Shown here: piece after piece, positions 38,671 to 52,870 of the stretch | Numbering within the stretch: position 1 is the stretch's first letter | Layout of the letters: the number at the start of each line of letters is the position of its first letter | Origin: Octopus bimaculoides | Taxonomy: Eukaryota | Length of the DNA stretch: 64,000 nt | Direction: 5' to 3' | Assembly: GCF_001194135.2 (NCBI RefSeq) | Contig: NC_068982.1 | Span: 87,326,751-87,390,750 of the forward strand | Translations under genes and position numbers: made by a program | The notes under the pieces: model-generated | Database searches by the model: none | What the model was told of the DNA's origin: nothing | Seen by the model: only the letters and a program-made list of their open reading frames with translations

Positions 38671-41600
38671 ATCAGGCTTGTATTTTTTGTTTTCCTATTT
38701 CTGAAAGAATTTAAATGATTAGCTAGTCTCTTTTTGAAAAAAGAGAGCTGGCCCCTACATGAAAGTAGTCTTTTCTCTATATATAAACATGTCTGTTGAT
38801 TCACCAAAAGTGATAAATAACAGAACTCAGTGGAAATGTAGAGCATTCTTTAATACGTTGTGACTGAAAGGCTCTAATTTCCAGTATTCAGAGTTTACTC
38901 ATATCTAATCCTCAGCTAGTAAACTGAGCCCGGTTTTCTTCTGAAATATCCATTGTCTGGATATTTTTTTAAAATAAGAAATGAAAGTTTGAAGAAAATG
39001 CTTATCCTTATGTTCTGTTTAAAATCTTTTATAAACAACACATGCAAAAAACAGTTACTTCAAGCTCACACTTTTGATTTCATTTCTGGTTTTCAAACTC
39101 CATACAAGTGCATTGCTGTTAAAGCAATGTTCCAAAGTAATACTTTTAACCAATGTTTTTTAAAAACAATAAGTGTGTATGTGGATGTTCATTTTACATA
39201 CGCTTGTGCAGATGCACACATATACACACACTCATACACACATATATATACAGAATTATGTATTCATGTACACACATATATACAAATGCATATGTGCACA
39301 TGTGCACACATAGACATCCCCCATACACACATATTAAAACATATCAATAAAACCTATTAATCAAACATTTCAAAATCAATGTTTTTTTTCTGAATCAGAA
39401 CAAAATTCAAAGAAGCTTACATTTGCATAAAAGATACTTGGTCACATGCATACAACACATTAACAGTCCAGTTCTTTTGTTCAAACTATTACTGTCTTGA
39501 GTCAAGATTCTCAATTTTTCACTAGAACAAAGTCCACAATGCATCTTTTATTTGAAGCTGTAATAGAAGACAGTGTGGAACTCAGGCTATAGATCTTTTT
39601 ACTTGTAGCATACCTCTGCTTTATGTCATTTGCTTATTGATTACTTTTGACTTGATAAAAGGTCAATATTTCTGTATATAAGAAAGTGTAACTGATTGAA
39701 GCAATTTTAGTTTATTATTCATACCTTCCTTTTGAAAAGACAGATAATCTTGATCCAAATAGGATTTGAAACTAAAACAAGTAAGAGTAAAAAACTAAAT
39801 TCATCAAATATTTGCAGCCCTAGAATTCTTGGTTCAATCCCACTGCAAGGCACTTTGGGCAAGTTTCTTCTACTATAGCCTTGGGTTGGCCAATACCTTG
39901 TGAATGATATTTGGTAGATGCAAACTATATAAAGAATATAAAATATCAGTAAAAAAGAACCCCATAAAACAGATATTTATTCTGTCTCAAGTTACAGGTA
40001 CTTCCTTGCCACTCTTACTCTCAGAAATATTTTGAATCAGTAACTATCATATTGGAAACTGATAACCAATAATACTATTGTATCCACCAGTCATGATTTT
40101 AAATAAATAAGTAAATAAGATATACAATAAGGTATACAACTGTTTTTCCATTTAGACACACAATTTTAGGGGACAATGTATTCTATTAAATCAATTCCAG
40201 TCCTTAACTAGTACTTTATTTTTTTGACCTATCACCTGGAAGGATAAAAGATGATCTTACCAAGATTTGAACTTAGGAACTAAATAGTTATAACTAAATA
40301 CCACATAGCATGTTTGTCTGACACTAATGAATCTGTTATATATACTTCATATTAATTGCAGATTGAAGGCCAGCAATGTCTTTTGCTGCACTTAGTTTTA
40401 TCCTTGGTCATTTTGTTTTCAAATTCTACTAGACTGACTTTTGTGTTTCTTCATACAGAGCTATTGATAAAATCAATACCAGTCAAAAACTGAGTTAATA
40501 TAATCAAAAATACAACACCACAAAAATACAACATCTTGTGTGTGTATCTGTTAGCAATCAGTATTGTAGAGAATGTGTGGAGGCGCATGGCTTAGTGGTT
40601 AGGGTGTTGGACTCATGATCATAAGATTGTGGTTTCATTTCCTGCACCAGGCAATGCGTTGTGTTCTTGAGCAAAACACTTCATTTCACATTGCTCCAGT
40701 CCACTCAACTGTAGAAATGAGTTTAACCTGGAGAATGATAGGCTCCACCAGGCTTTCTCACCCAAGATATGCTGCATGGCTGCAGCACCCCATTGATCCC
40801 CAGGGGGTTAAGGAACTTGTTCATTATAGTAGAGAACTGAACTTTGAGGGAACATCAGTTCCTTCATGTTTCTGTGTTCAACTCCTATGAAGTCTGCTTT
40901 AGTATCTCTTCACATATCAATAAATTGAATGTTAGTTTTGTGTTGGGTATGGGATTTAGAAATAATATGATTTACAACTTCAAACAATATTACTACACCC
41001 ATTGTTTTTTTCCCTTCACCAGATAAAGCAAATAGTTATGTCTAATAAAACAGATTCCATTTGTACCACATTGATGAATGATAAACAACATGCAAATCCA
41101 TGCTTCTGTAACACTGCACATGTCCTGGTTTTTGAATAACTACATAATGTCCTGCATATCATAAGAGGTGACTAAAAGAGTTGATAACAGTAAAATACTG
41201 TCTCAGAAAACCTGTCCAACCCATAGCAGCAGAGAGAGAGGATATAAAACAGTTATAATGATGATGTCATCCATGCTTCTACTTTAATATGGATGTTTTC
41301 TCTTTACGGCTTGAGTTCAAATCCCACTGAGGCTTATTTTGGTTTTCATCTTTCAGGATTGATGAAATAAATTCCAGTCACGTACTGGGACCAATGTTGT
41401 TAACTTGCCCCCTCCCCTCAAAACTGTAGGTCGTGTGCTAAAAATTAGAAAGAATATCAATATTAATATGGATATGGATTTTAACACTAAACAAGCAATA
41501 TAAGCTGGCACTCTGTTGGTTCCAATGATAAGGGTTCCAGTTGATCTGATTAGCAGATTAATCTGCTCATGGAATTAATGTGCAAGTGGCTGAGCACTTC

Positions 41601-43173
41601 ATGGACACTCATGCACTTAACATAGTTCTCAGGGAGATTCAGCATGACAAAAGAAGTAAAAAGGTTGGTCCTTTGAATTACAGGTACTACTCATTTTACC
41701 AGCTGAGTGGAGTGGAGCAATGTGAAATAAAGTGTCATGCTCAAGGACACAATGTGTTGCTGGGAATTGAACTCATGTCCTTGTGATTGTGAGCTGAAAA
41801 CCCCTAACCACTAAACCGTACACCTTCAACAATATACTTTGATAAAATCAATTAGTGAAACTTTGTGCCTCTCCTACTGAAAGAATCATGGAGTGGTACT
41901 TGTAAGCAATTGCCTTGACATGAAACCACTTACCTCAAGCCTAAAGGCTCATGTGGCTGGAGCTTATCAGGATTTTCAAAGCATTTATCCTGAGAGAACA
42001 AGATTCCGCCATTGAAATGGATACCTGTCCATCAGAGTTAAAGCCACTCAATGCCACTGTGCCATTTTCAACTGTGAGCACTGGCGCAATACAAAATAAA
42101 GAATCTTGTTCAAAGACACGAAGCATAGCCAAACCCAAGAATTAAACCCATGACCTAGAAAATTGTAAGCCTAAAACCTAACCTCAAAGCCACACACCTT
42201 CAATGAGTTCATGTGTTGAAACTGAATTAATTTCATTGTGAAAGAGTCAACCACACCATTTAAAACACACATATAATGTTAACTTGTCTTCTTTCATGAT
42301 TTCTTTATAGTATTGTTTACAGTTTACTAATTGTGTCAGTGATCAAGTTGTGGATGTTTAACAACAGTTTTTGACATAAGTAGTGTTGAGGACTATCAAG
42401 AAATAAAACAAAGACATTGTAATAGTATGTGTTATTCAAATGATTATTGTGACTATGCAAAGAACTAAATGCTATTTTTATTCTTTATCTTTCACTTGTT
42501 TCAGTCATTGGACTGTAGCCATGCTTGAAGGGTTTTTAGTTGAACAAACCAACCCCAGTACTTACTTTTTAAGTCTGATGCTTATTCTATTGGTCTCTTT
42601 TGTCAAACTGCTTTGTTATGAGAACATAAGCAAGTCAAGTGGTGTGTGTATGGAAGGGAAGGAAACAAACACAGGCATAAAGACACACACACACACAAAA
42701 CAGACTTCCACAAGTCCCATCTACCAAATTCACTTGCGAGGCATTGGTTGGCCCGGTGCTGTAGTAGGAGAAACACTTGCCTGAACTTGAAATCTTATGG
42801 TAGCAAAGCAAGCTTCTTAATCAAACAAACATTAGAAAAATTAATGAGAAGTATATAGAATGGAATCCATTATGAGGATCACAATAGTTGTGAGGTTAAA
42901 GTCCTGGGTTTTATTGATCATATCATTATAATTTCATATCTTATAATAGCAGTTATTGTGATTGTAGTCCTAAGTAAAGCACATAACTCTGTTTCCCTCA
43001 GCTTGGTTGATAACCAAAATAGTTTCCCTCCCACTTTATGGTTCAAGTTTTAGAAGTAGAAAGGTCATCAAGCTATTGAGAACAAAACACAACTGTTTCA
43101 TTAAAATCTATTGTAAAAAAAAATGGACATGGAGAATTTGGGAAAAAAATCTAATTCATGTATTTTTTTTGTT

Positions 43174-43405
43174 TTAACTCATTAGCTTTCAGGTTACTCT
43201 GTCAAATGTAATACTTATTTATTCACATTGTTTAGAATTAACTACACATTAATCTCGTAGCTTCTGGATTTCAATGAGGTGATTGTTTATTTTTACAACG
43301 ATATAATTGTAGGGTAGGTATGAGAGATTGAATCTGCTAAGTTTCAACATAAAGCAGTGAGAATATTTTGGCTATATATAACCAGTATCAATGCAAAAAG
43401 GTTAA
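43174..43405. mobile_element. piggyBac-like MITE (TTAA ends); partial homologue from ~17996
   Basis: TTAA-CTCATTAGC ... ATGCAAAAAGG-TTAA; interior matches 17996-18100 (TTAACCCTTTAGCATT). Confidence 0.55.
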
Positions 43406-43494
43406 AGTTTGGCATTAAAAATATGTTTTTATTTGTAGTCTAGTAATTAGCGTCACAGTGGTCATCATGGCCATCATCAACATCATTGTTGTCC

Positions 43495-43495
<1 letters not shown>

Positions 43496-43549
<54 letters not shown>
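43496..43549. repeat. (CAT)n microsatellite
   Basis: Directly visible. Confidence 0.95.
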
Positions 43550-43830
43550 ATAAGTGGAATATTAATATACTTCGACATTTGCTATGCAAATAACATATTT
43601 TTCCTTACTAATATTACTAACAGCCATCATCGGTGATACTAACAAAAGGTATATCAAAACGGAGATTAAGTGTTTCCAAACAAGCTGGATCAACAAAGGT
43701 ATCATAACTGTTGTTATTATTGTTGTTGTTTTTGATACTGTTTATTATTGCTATTGTTTATGAGTGTTTTATATTTATACATATATAGATAAATATTTAT
43801 ATCTATACCTTTTACCCTTTACTCTTTAGT

Positions 43831-43865
<35 letters not shown>

Positions 43866-44149
43866 NNNNNNNNNNNNNNNNNNNNNNNNNNNNNNNNNNN
43901 NNNNNNNNNNNNNNNNNNNNNNNNNNNNNNNNNNNNNNNNNNNNNNNNNNNNNNNNNNNNNNNNNNNNNNNNNNNNNNNNNNNNNNNNNNNNNNNNNNNN
44001 NNNNNNNNNNNNNNNNNNNNNNNNNNNNNNNNNNNNNNNNNNNNNNNNNNNNNNNNNNNNNNNNNNNNNNNNNNNNATATATATATATATATATATATAT
44101 AGGAAAAATACTGGAGATTCAGTATATACCACGTGGTGAAATTATGAGC

Positions 44150-45443
44150 TGAAAATATGTGGAAGACATATAAAAAGTGGAAGAGAAATGCCTTCATTTC
44201 ATATAGTTTAATATCTTGTTATAAAGAAATTTTTATATAAATACATATTTTATGGATGTCATGAAATCCAACTGGTTTTCACTATTTAAATTAGCTTTTC
44301 AAGGGGCATTGTGAAGTAATCAATTCTTGTGACAAAGGGGTCTTGCCATTTTGGATGCTTGAAAAGTAAGAATGAGTCTAGAGAGTGGACAAAGGGGGGA
44401 AACATGTGGCAAGGAGGACAAGTAACACCTCAGTATAATTGTTGAAATAGGAATGTGTAAGGATCAGGTAGTCAAGTTTGTATATTAAGGTGTGGTCTGT
44501 ACTTTTGTATGAACAGGTTTTCCTTGTTTAGGTGTTCTGGTAAGAAGATTGAATCTTTGCATTGGTATAATGGAAAGCTATAGAAATTCAGCATTTTATT
44601 TCTTGTGCATCTGTCAATATGTTCGCTCAGGGCTATCTGCCCGTATTTAGGAAAACAAATCTGCTCTTTATACAGCGTGACTCTGTGTCTCAAAGTAAGG
44701 CACGTTTGGCCCACATAATTGTGGCCGCAACCTGAGCAGGTTAGGACATAGATAAGGTTCTGGGAAGTACATGTGAAGTTAGTCTTAACTGAGAATTTTT
44801 CTCCTTGCTGGAATGGGAATTCTGAGCCTTCAGTTAGGTATGGGCATGTACCACAATTAGGTCATCTGCATTTTTTAACTGTTGGTACCGTATGTATTGA
44901 GTATAGTTTTGCACTTGTTAGGAATCTCTTAAGTGATTTGTGTTGTCTTTTGCGTTTGAGGAGTTTATGTGTATTTAGGATGTTGTTCATTTTCAGGTCT
45001 TGATTGAGCAGAAGGAGATTTTGTATAATTGTGTTGTATGCTTCATTGTTTCTGGGATTGTGGGTTGATATATATGGGAGTGGTTTAAAGTGAGGTGTGG
45101 TGTTTTGTTTTGTTGTCCTTAGTGTGTTTGTGTCCAATTTCTTAGCATGTTTAATTCCATGGTCTATAAGTGCAGGTAGGTATTGACATTCAGTGAGTGT
45201 TATTTTGAGTTCTTGTAGGAAAAGTTCCCAAGTGGTTGCATTAGATGCAATTGTACAGATCCTTTTTGCTAGATTGAATGAGATATTTATTTCGCTAATT
45301 TAAATAGCGAAAACCAGTTGGATTTCATGACATCCATAAAATATGTATTTATATAAAAAAATTTCTTTATAACAAGATATTAAACTATATGAAATGAAGG
45401 CATTTCTCTTCCACTTTTTATATATGTTTTCCACATATTTTCA
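44150..45443 (-). mobile_element. Penelope-like fragment flanked by ~146-bp inverted repeats
   Basis: Minus ORFs 44862-45137 (...KRKRQHKSLKRFLTSAKL) and 44472-44714 (GQTCLTLRHRVTL...KENLFIQKYRPHLN) resemble the PLE linker and GIY-YIG. 44150-44295 is inverted relative to 45294-45443. Confidence 0.75.
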
Positions 45444-45460
45444 ACCTATATATATGTGTG

Positions 45461-45541
<81 letters not shown>

Positions 45542-47334
45542 TCTGGTGTAAGAGAATTTCTTATCATTATGGATCATTAAATTGCATACTCAATTAAAGC
45601 AACTTGCTCCCCGCTGCAGACCTTATTGAATTTTTAATCAACTTGGATTCCAGAGTCATTTCCCTTGTTTTTCTTGGCAAGAATTATCATTAATGCTTAT
45701 ACTTCTTTTCACTACTTTTTTTCTTTTTTTCATTTTATATTTTATATTTTGAAGATTGGATTGCTACATTAAATATGTTAATATCCACTTAATCATGGAT
45801 CAATTAACACAGCTAGGAAGCTTATACATAGCCAACTGACCTGTTCAATGGGCAGACACCAAGTCCCACACAACGAATTCTATATATTCTTTAAAATGGA
45901 GAAATTAGAATAATTTGTCTTATTATATGAACAGAGCTACATAACAGTAACCACAAAATCTCAGTTTCCAGTTAGAAGACATTGGCACAGGGCTACAAAT
46001 TTAACAATACCAGTCATAGCTATTTAATTGACTGTACTCCTTTGTGTTAATAAGCAAAATCATTATGCTTAGAACAGTTTTTACTCAATGCTTAGTGGCA
46101 TTTTGTCCATTCTTACATTCAAAATTCAAATTCCAGTGAAGTCGACTTTGCCTTTCATCCTTTTGGGATTGACAAGTACCAGTTGAGCACTGGGGATGAT
46201 GTAATAGATTAAATCTCTTCCCTGAAATTTCTAGCCTTGTGTCAAAATCTGAAACCAATATGATCCTGTATTTGCACAAGAATGTGTAGGCCTAGGCAAG
46301 GTATTATTTATTTATTTTTTTTGAGAAAGTCTATCTCTTGCTCATATATGCAAGACTCCGCTCTCTCCATGGCACTGATGTTTATCCAAGGAAAAGGCCA
46401 CTGTCTTGAGTCACTTATGCTTAGCACCAGTATCATTGAAGGTATTGCTAGCAGAATGCAAAGAGCCAGAGGATATACTGCAAGCCATCTTGCTTTACTC
46501 TTTAACAGGTCTGTCAATCCACTATATTGGATTGGCAACCCTTGCTAATATGGAAAACAGATGTTAAATGATGATAATGATGATGATGACTCTGAAAGGA
46601 TGAAAAGCAAAGTTTGTCTTGACATGATTTGAATACAGAGCTTAGAGAGTTGGGATAAATACCACGATGCATTGTATCTAACACTCTAACAACTCTGCCA
46701 TATTCCAGTTCTTGTATTTCTTTTATTCCGTAATGTATGCAACAAATGCCTTAACATTTCATGATTTGAAGTATTCACCAACAGGTGATCAGCTCTAATG
46801 ACTTCAGAGCAAGTAGACAATGAGAGCTGAAGTGACCATACTTTCTACTAAAGCCATTAAATCTTTCTGCTAAAGGCACAAGGTCTGAAATTTTGGGAGA
46901 TGTAGTTAGTCAATTACATTGACCCATGCTCAACTAGTTTTAATTTATAAACCCCAAAAAGATGAAAGGCAAAGTCAACCTCAGCAAAATTTGAACTCAG
47001 AATGTAAAGCTGGAAAAAATGTTGCTAAGCATTTTGTTCAGTGAGATAACAATTCTGCCGGCTCCATGCCTTAATGAAGGGCATTAAAAATATAAACAAA
47101 ATGAAATAGTTTCAACTCAATCCATTACATGGTTTAGCTCAACCACGTGATTGCTGGGTGCTTTGTATAAAGTCCTCTCAAGTGCAAACATTTGGCCCAG
47201 GCCCCTGGTCTGAGAATAATTCTCCTTTTATTCTCATAGTCTTGTAGACCATAGAAATGGTTATAGGTGCAGTGCTTCCTCATCTAACAAAACCATTAAA
47301 AAACAAAATTTAAAATTTTGCAGACTTCTTCTTA

Positions 47335-47540
47335 TGGTTTAGCCCCCAGGTCCACCCTAGTAGAGAAGACCACTAATCTGATTAAAGGTGTCCTAGCCAT
47401 GACCATCCTTTTAACTTATTGAGTATTGTGTATGTATGACAATATTATCCAACGTTTCCTTCCCTTTTTGAAAAAAAGTTTAAGAAAGATTTAGCTGTTA
47501 TTTCTAGCAGGTTGATTGACTACATAAATCCTTCTGAGTT
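47335..47540 (+). mobile_element. Interspersed repeat family (...GATTTGGCTGCTATTTCTAGCAGG...). Related copies ~620-830, 1300-1470, 51400-51570, 54800-54980, 55900-56100
   Basis: Recurring CATTCCAGCCATGACCATCC and GCTGCTATTTCTAGCAGGTC motifs. Confidence 0.6.
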
Positions 47541-48206
47541 GGCTCATTTTATTGATTTATTTTAACAATAGCTTTCTGTCTTCTTTGTGACACTTACCAT
47601 ATTAACTAATTTAAAGCTAATCTATTTGATGAATCTCCAGTTTCTATAATGTAAAGCAGGTGAGAGATAAATCTTTTTTGGCAAATATGCTAGCCTGTAG
47701 AAATAGCTTTTCCTACAGCTGGAATAAAACCCAGCACTGCAAGCTGCTAATAAACTACATTAGTTCTACAGCACTCCTACTGCTACATGCATTTGTAATC
47801 TTGATTTAGACTAGCCCCAACCTGCTAGAGATATCAGCCAAATTTCCATCTAATCACACTTTAATGCCTTAAAAAATCAGAGGCAAGGTAAATACATGTC
47901 TCAAAAAAATGAGGATAGTCATGAATGGAACCTCTTTGATTACAGGTTTACTTTATTGAGGCTGATTAAAACAACTTATGACTTGCTAAATGTCTCGACT
48001 AACACCACAAAGTACCAGTGACAGGGTATGAAACACTTGCCTTTTAATTGGATATTCAATACAATACTAAATCAGCTAATTGTGATCTTACATGCTACTT
48101 TAAGTTACAAGTTAAATTGTGTCTTTTTTTTTCATAATTACTTTTGTAAAGGTTTTCAGTTCCTTGAAGTTTTGTAAAATGTTTAAATTGTTGTCATATT
48201 TTGAAG

Positions 48207-48260
48207 GATGGTGATGATTTAACTGAAACTGGGGATGCTGATACAGAAGACTGGATGCAT
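48207..48260 (+). CDS. DNAI1: DNAI1 coding exon 3 (DGDDLTETGDADTEDWMH)
   Basis: ttttgaag|GAT...CAT|gtaagt, 54 nt, phase 0-0. Resembles human DEDSGTEVGEGTDEWAQ. Confidence 0.85.
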
Positions 48261-48283
48261 GTAAGTATGATACAATATATTCT

Positions 48284-48519
48284 TTAACCTTTTGATGCCA
48301 ACCTGCTTAAGACCAACTTTGGCTCTGTGATACAGTGATACAAACTTCCTATATTAAAGTGATCTAAATTAAACTATCAATTAAAGTTTCATGCTAATTT
48401 AAGTTCCAAACACCAGTTTAATTATGAAAAACTTATTTTAGTAAATTCTTAGTTATCTTCAGAATCAATTGAAACAAATGTAGTATATCTTAAAAGAAAT
48501 ATGGCAACAAAGCAGTTAA
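48284..48519. mobile_element. piggyBac-like MITE (TTAA ends); second, less complete copy at ~48834-49045
   Basis: TTAA-CCTTTTGATGCCA ... TGGCAACAAAGCAG-TTAA; starts 23 bp after a DNAI1 donor site. Confidence 0.55.
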
Positions 48520-49407
48520 ATGATTAGTCTATTCTACTAAAAGTACTAAGTGATGACTGAATTATCTAGTGGGAATAAATTTGATAAGATGAAGTGGCAA
48601 GCACAATGTAGTGTATCCAATATAATTTTACACCAAAGATGTTGGCAGTTAATTCATTAGAAAACTACATCACAGAATTATTTCCTGCTGCTAACATCAA
48701 ATTAAGGTAGGGCACTTTGTTATATTGGGCAGTAGTATATAAAGTTATAATATTATTACGTTAGTGCAATGTAACTGGCCAATTATCTTGTGGAGACAAA
48801 AACAGTACTGTTAAAAATAGCAGCAAAATAGATTTAATCCTTTTTGATGCCAATCCACCTGAGAATGTCACTGGTTTTATGATACAAAATTTCTGTCTTA
48901 AAGTAATCTAAATTAAAATGTAGCATCAAAATTTTGTGCTAATTTATGCTGCAAACACCAGTTTAAGAATGACAAGGTTATTTTAGTAAATTTTTCATTG
49001 TTTTAATAATAAATTGAATCAAAGTCAGTGTATTTCAACAGAGAGAGAAGCAGACACTCTATTTTGTAATCACTAATGCCTTCATCCAGCTTGTGAAAGA
49101 TACATGGTTTGAGTCCTGTCAGTGAAGTTATTTTTTGTCTCAAACTGGCACCTGTAATATCTAATGTCATCTATAATATTATGCACCTTGTCATGACATT
49201 TGAGTGTTAAAATATCAACAATCATTAACTATAGAATGACAGAAAGAAACAATATAAAATTTAACATTCCTTTTAATGTTAAATATTGAATGAGATAACT
49301 GAAATCTTTTAACATAACAAAATAAGTTCAAATGTTATGCTTTCAATAACATTAAGAATGGATTGAAATTGGAGTCTTAGTTAAAATCTTTAACATTATG
49401 AAACAAG

Positions 49408-49560
49408 TCTTCTTCTTCTTCTTCTTCTTCTTCTTCTTCTTCTTCTTCTTCTTCTTCTTCTTCTTCTTTTTCTTCTTCTTCTTCTTCTTCTTCTTCTTCT
49501 TCTTCTTCTTCTTCTTCTTCTTCTTCTTCTTCTTCTTCTTCTTCTTCTTCTTCTTCTTCT
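49408..49560. repeat. (TTC/GAA)n tract, ~50 units
   Basis: Directly visible; one interruption. Confidence 0.98.
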
Positions 49561-49668
49561 TTTACTACGACTACGTTATATAACTACACAGATGTGTGTG
49601 TGTATATGTGTATATGTTTATTTACACTGTATGCATACATTCATACACCCATACATACATACATACGT

Positions 49669-49700
<32 letters not shown>

Positions 49701-50916
49701 TCATGCAGACACATACCAGGGCTTATTTTCAGGATGAGTGTCAACAAAAATCTATACTAATTCTATTATTTCATGTCTCTTGCTCTATTTACACCCATAG
49801 CTATCTTATATCATTGCAACTAGAGCATGAATTTAAATATATGTCATATTATGTAGAAATCAATATTAAAATTTAACTTTATTATTGATAGATAGACAGA
49901 TGTAGATGGATTTAAATAAATACTTAGATGTGGTTAAGAAGTTTGCTTCTTAATTACATGGTTTTGAATTCAGTCCAGGCTGACCGACAACTTGTGGATG
50001 AATTTAGTGGACAGAAACTGTTGTGTGTGTGTGTGTGTGTGATCATCTAACATCTGTTTTCTATGCTGGTGTGGGTTGCATATTTTGGCAGGATATGCTC
50101 AAATGTCAACCATGCCAAAGCTGACATTGGAGCTTGACACAAACTTGTAGCTCACCAATTTCTATATATATATCATATATAGCCATCTAAAAATAAAAAA
50201 ATTCTGAAAAAAATATGCACTTGTACTTTGATTAATGTATGTATGTATGTATGTATGTATGCATGTGTGCATGTGTGTATGTATATATGTGTGTGTCTGT
50301 CTGTCTGTATGTATGTATGTATGCATGTGTGTGTGTGTCTATATGTATGTATTTGATAGGTAGGTTGGTAGGTAGGTAGTTATACATGCATGCATTATGT
50401 ATGTATGTATGTATGTATGTATGGTTGTATGTATGTATTTATATGTGGGGGGGAGCGGTGGGGGAGTATTTACATTCTGTGCTTTGTATGAAAAAGCTCT
50501 GAGCTACAAACAATGATATTTTTTGACATTCCCTATCAATTCCTTTGTGAGCTTTGCAGTTTTGAAGACAAATGGAATGAAAAGTTCTTACATGAAAAGA
50601 AGGTAGGGACATCCTGCTGTAAAACCATGCCTCAGTAATATATATCTTATCTGACTAACTCATGCTGGCATAGAAAAACAGGCAGAAAACTTAATAAATG
50701 ACAATAATACGCTTGTACAATAATTTTTATCACGGATAACCTCAAAAAGTTATAGAAGCTTCAGAATCTATTTTTAATGGTGTCCGTTATAAATTCAACA
50801 TACACTGTTTCAGCATTCCATTACCCATAGTTTTCTGCTTGCTGTATCTTGTTTACCTGTACATAAGGGCAATAATAATTACACTCAATATTCTATTTGT
50901 GGTTATATTTTGGCAG

Positions 50917-50964
50917 AGTAAAACATTAGTGAAGCCGGATGACCAACTCTATTTGACTGAAGCT
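50917..50964 (+). CDS. DNAI1: DNAI1 coding exon 4 (SKTLVKPDDQLYLTEA)
   Basis: tattttggcag|AGT...GCT|gtgagt, 48 nt, phase 0-0. Matches human SKATVRPPDQLELTDA. Confidence 0.92.
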
Positions 50965-52735
50965 GTGAGTAATTTTTATTTATTTTCCCCTTGCTGGTAA
51001 ACTAATAAAAAAAACTATTGTGTATATGTGATGGTTGACATCTCTCACTTGTAATGTCTTCTTTATATTCTTGCACAAAACAAATTGGAAAACCAAGTAA
51101 ATAGTCTAAAGAATCTCCAACAAAAAGTTCAGCAGTTTGTCACTGGTACTGCATAGTGTCCATTACAGTAGAAACAGTTAAGTTTTGAATAGCTCAGTCT
51201 GTCTGGATGTTAGTAGGTACTGAAGGGTATAAGCAATCCACTATGGTAGGCAGTAGCAATACGGTAAAACTGGTAAGTGGTTTGTTGTTGTTTAGCTCCA
51301 GGCCATCTGTGAGTGAGCAGACCCATGGTGAAAAGCTTTCTAGTTGCAACCCATTTTTTATTCAGATGCAATGTCCAATACATTCTTGGTTATATTTTCA
51401 GGGTTATTTTTCATAAGATGAGACGATTTGAGAGTGAAGAGGTGACTGCTATTTCCAACCAATTGAACGTCTATGTAGAGATTTCCTTGTTAACTCAAAG
51501 TACTGAGTTCAATTCCTCTTGTTGGTAGCCTGAATAGAAAACCCAAGCTTTTGCTGGTTTTATCAGTAGATATGATAACCCATTGATGGATACGTTCTTT
51601 TTTTTTTCATTAAAAGACATGTAGTTGACTTAGTCATCTAATGAGATGAACTTATTGCAGTAATAATTTGTTCATAATTAATTACCCCTAAGATACAGAG
51701 ATTATCACGTTTAAAGAGTGTTTGCCTACTGGCCAAGAAGTTAGAAGTTCATATTCTGTCAGCAGCACTTCACTGTTACAAGTTGCTTAACTCTCAGTCC
51801 ATCTAGTTGGCATTATGTACCACAGGGGTGAGAACAACTAATTGCTCTAAACAGTAATGTCATTATAAAATTAACAACCTAACTGTTAGCTTTCAGTACT
51901 GAGTTCAGCCATTTACTCAATGGAGCTAAAAGTAATTTTTATGAAGCATTCATTTCTATATTTAGTAACAATCATTCTGTCTCAGTATTTCACTTAACTA
52001 ACTCATAACAACAATGAATATACTGACTTGCAAATGATAAATGTAGGTCAAGAGAAGTCAGTCCAGCATCAGAGTTAGTGTTCCTTGTTCATATTGGATC
52101 ATCTTACTTTTGAATTTAAATTCTAGTTCTGACTACATATTGTGTGTGACGAATAAAATGTAGCATTAAAGTCATTGTCTGCAGATATTCAACAACAAGT
52201 GTCCATTAATTTCCTTGATTGAGATACCCCCATAAAAATAGTTATACACATCACTTGCTAGTGAGTATGATCTTCTAGCGTGTATCATTCTTTTAACTAG
52301 CTGTTTTAAGTGCCTCTGTATTGGTGAGCTGACATAAATATTCTCTCAGCTCTCACAGCACATGAAGAAAATTAAAGATACACTAGCTAGAGGGAAATAG
52401 AGCTGAAAAGGGCTGTATTACTCTGCTGAGTAGACTGAAGCAATGTGAAATGCAGCATATTGCTCAAAGACACAATGTGCCAACTGGTCCTGGAATTGAA
52501 ACCCCAACCTTATGATCATGAGTCCAACACGCCTAACTACTAAGCCTGGATATTCATTGTCAGGCAATAAAAAATGATTTCTCTTTTGCGACAATAAATT
52601 AATTACAAATACAAAAATTAGCAAAAAAAAAAAAATCAAAAGAGTAATCAAGAGAAAATTAAATTTCTGATAATCCGTCAATGTTATTAGTTTATGTGTG
52701 TATGATTAAACTGTTTAAAAAATTATTTCTATTAA

Positions 52736-52870
<135 letters not shown>

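Noticed and set aside
41024-41140. Strong + acceptor followed by 38 open codons (IKQIVMSNK...)
   Set aside because: Ends in a stop without a donor and has no DNAI1 similarity.
49398-49583. Poly-Phe, poly-Asp/His (60909-61180), poly-Ile/Tyr/Leu (62463-63909) and CV/HT/YI-repeat ORFs
   Set aside because: These are translations of microsatellites.
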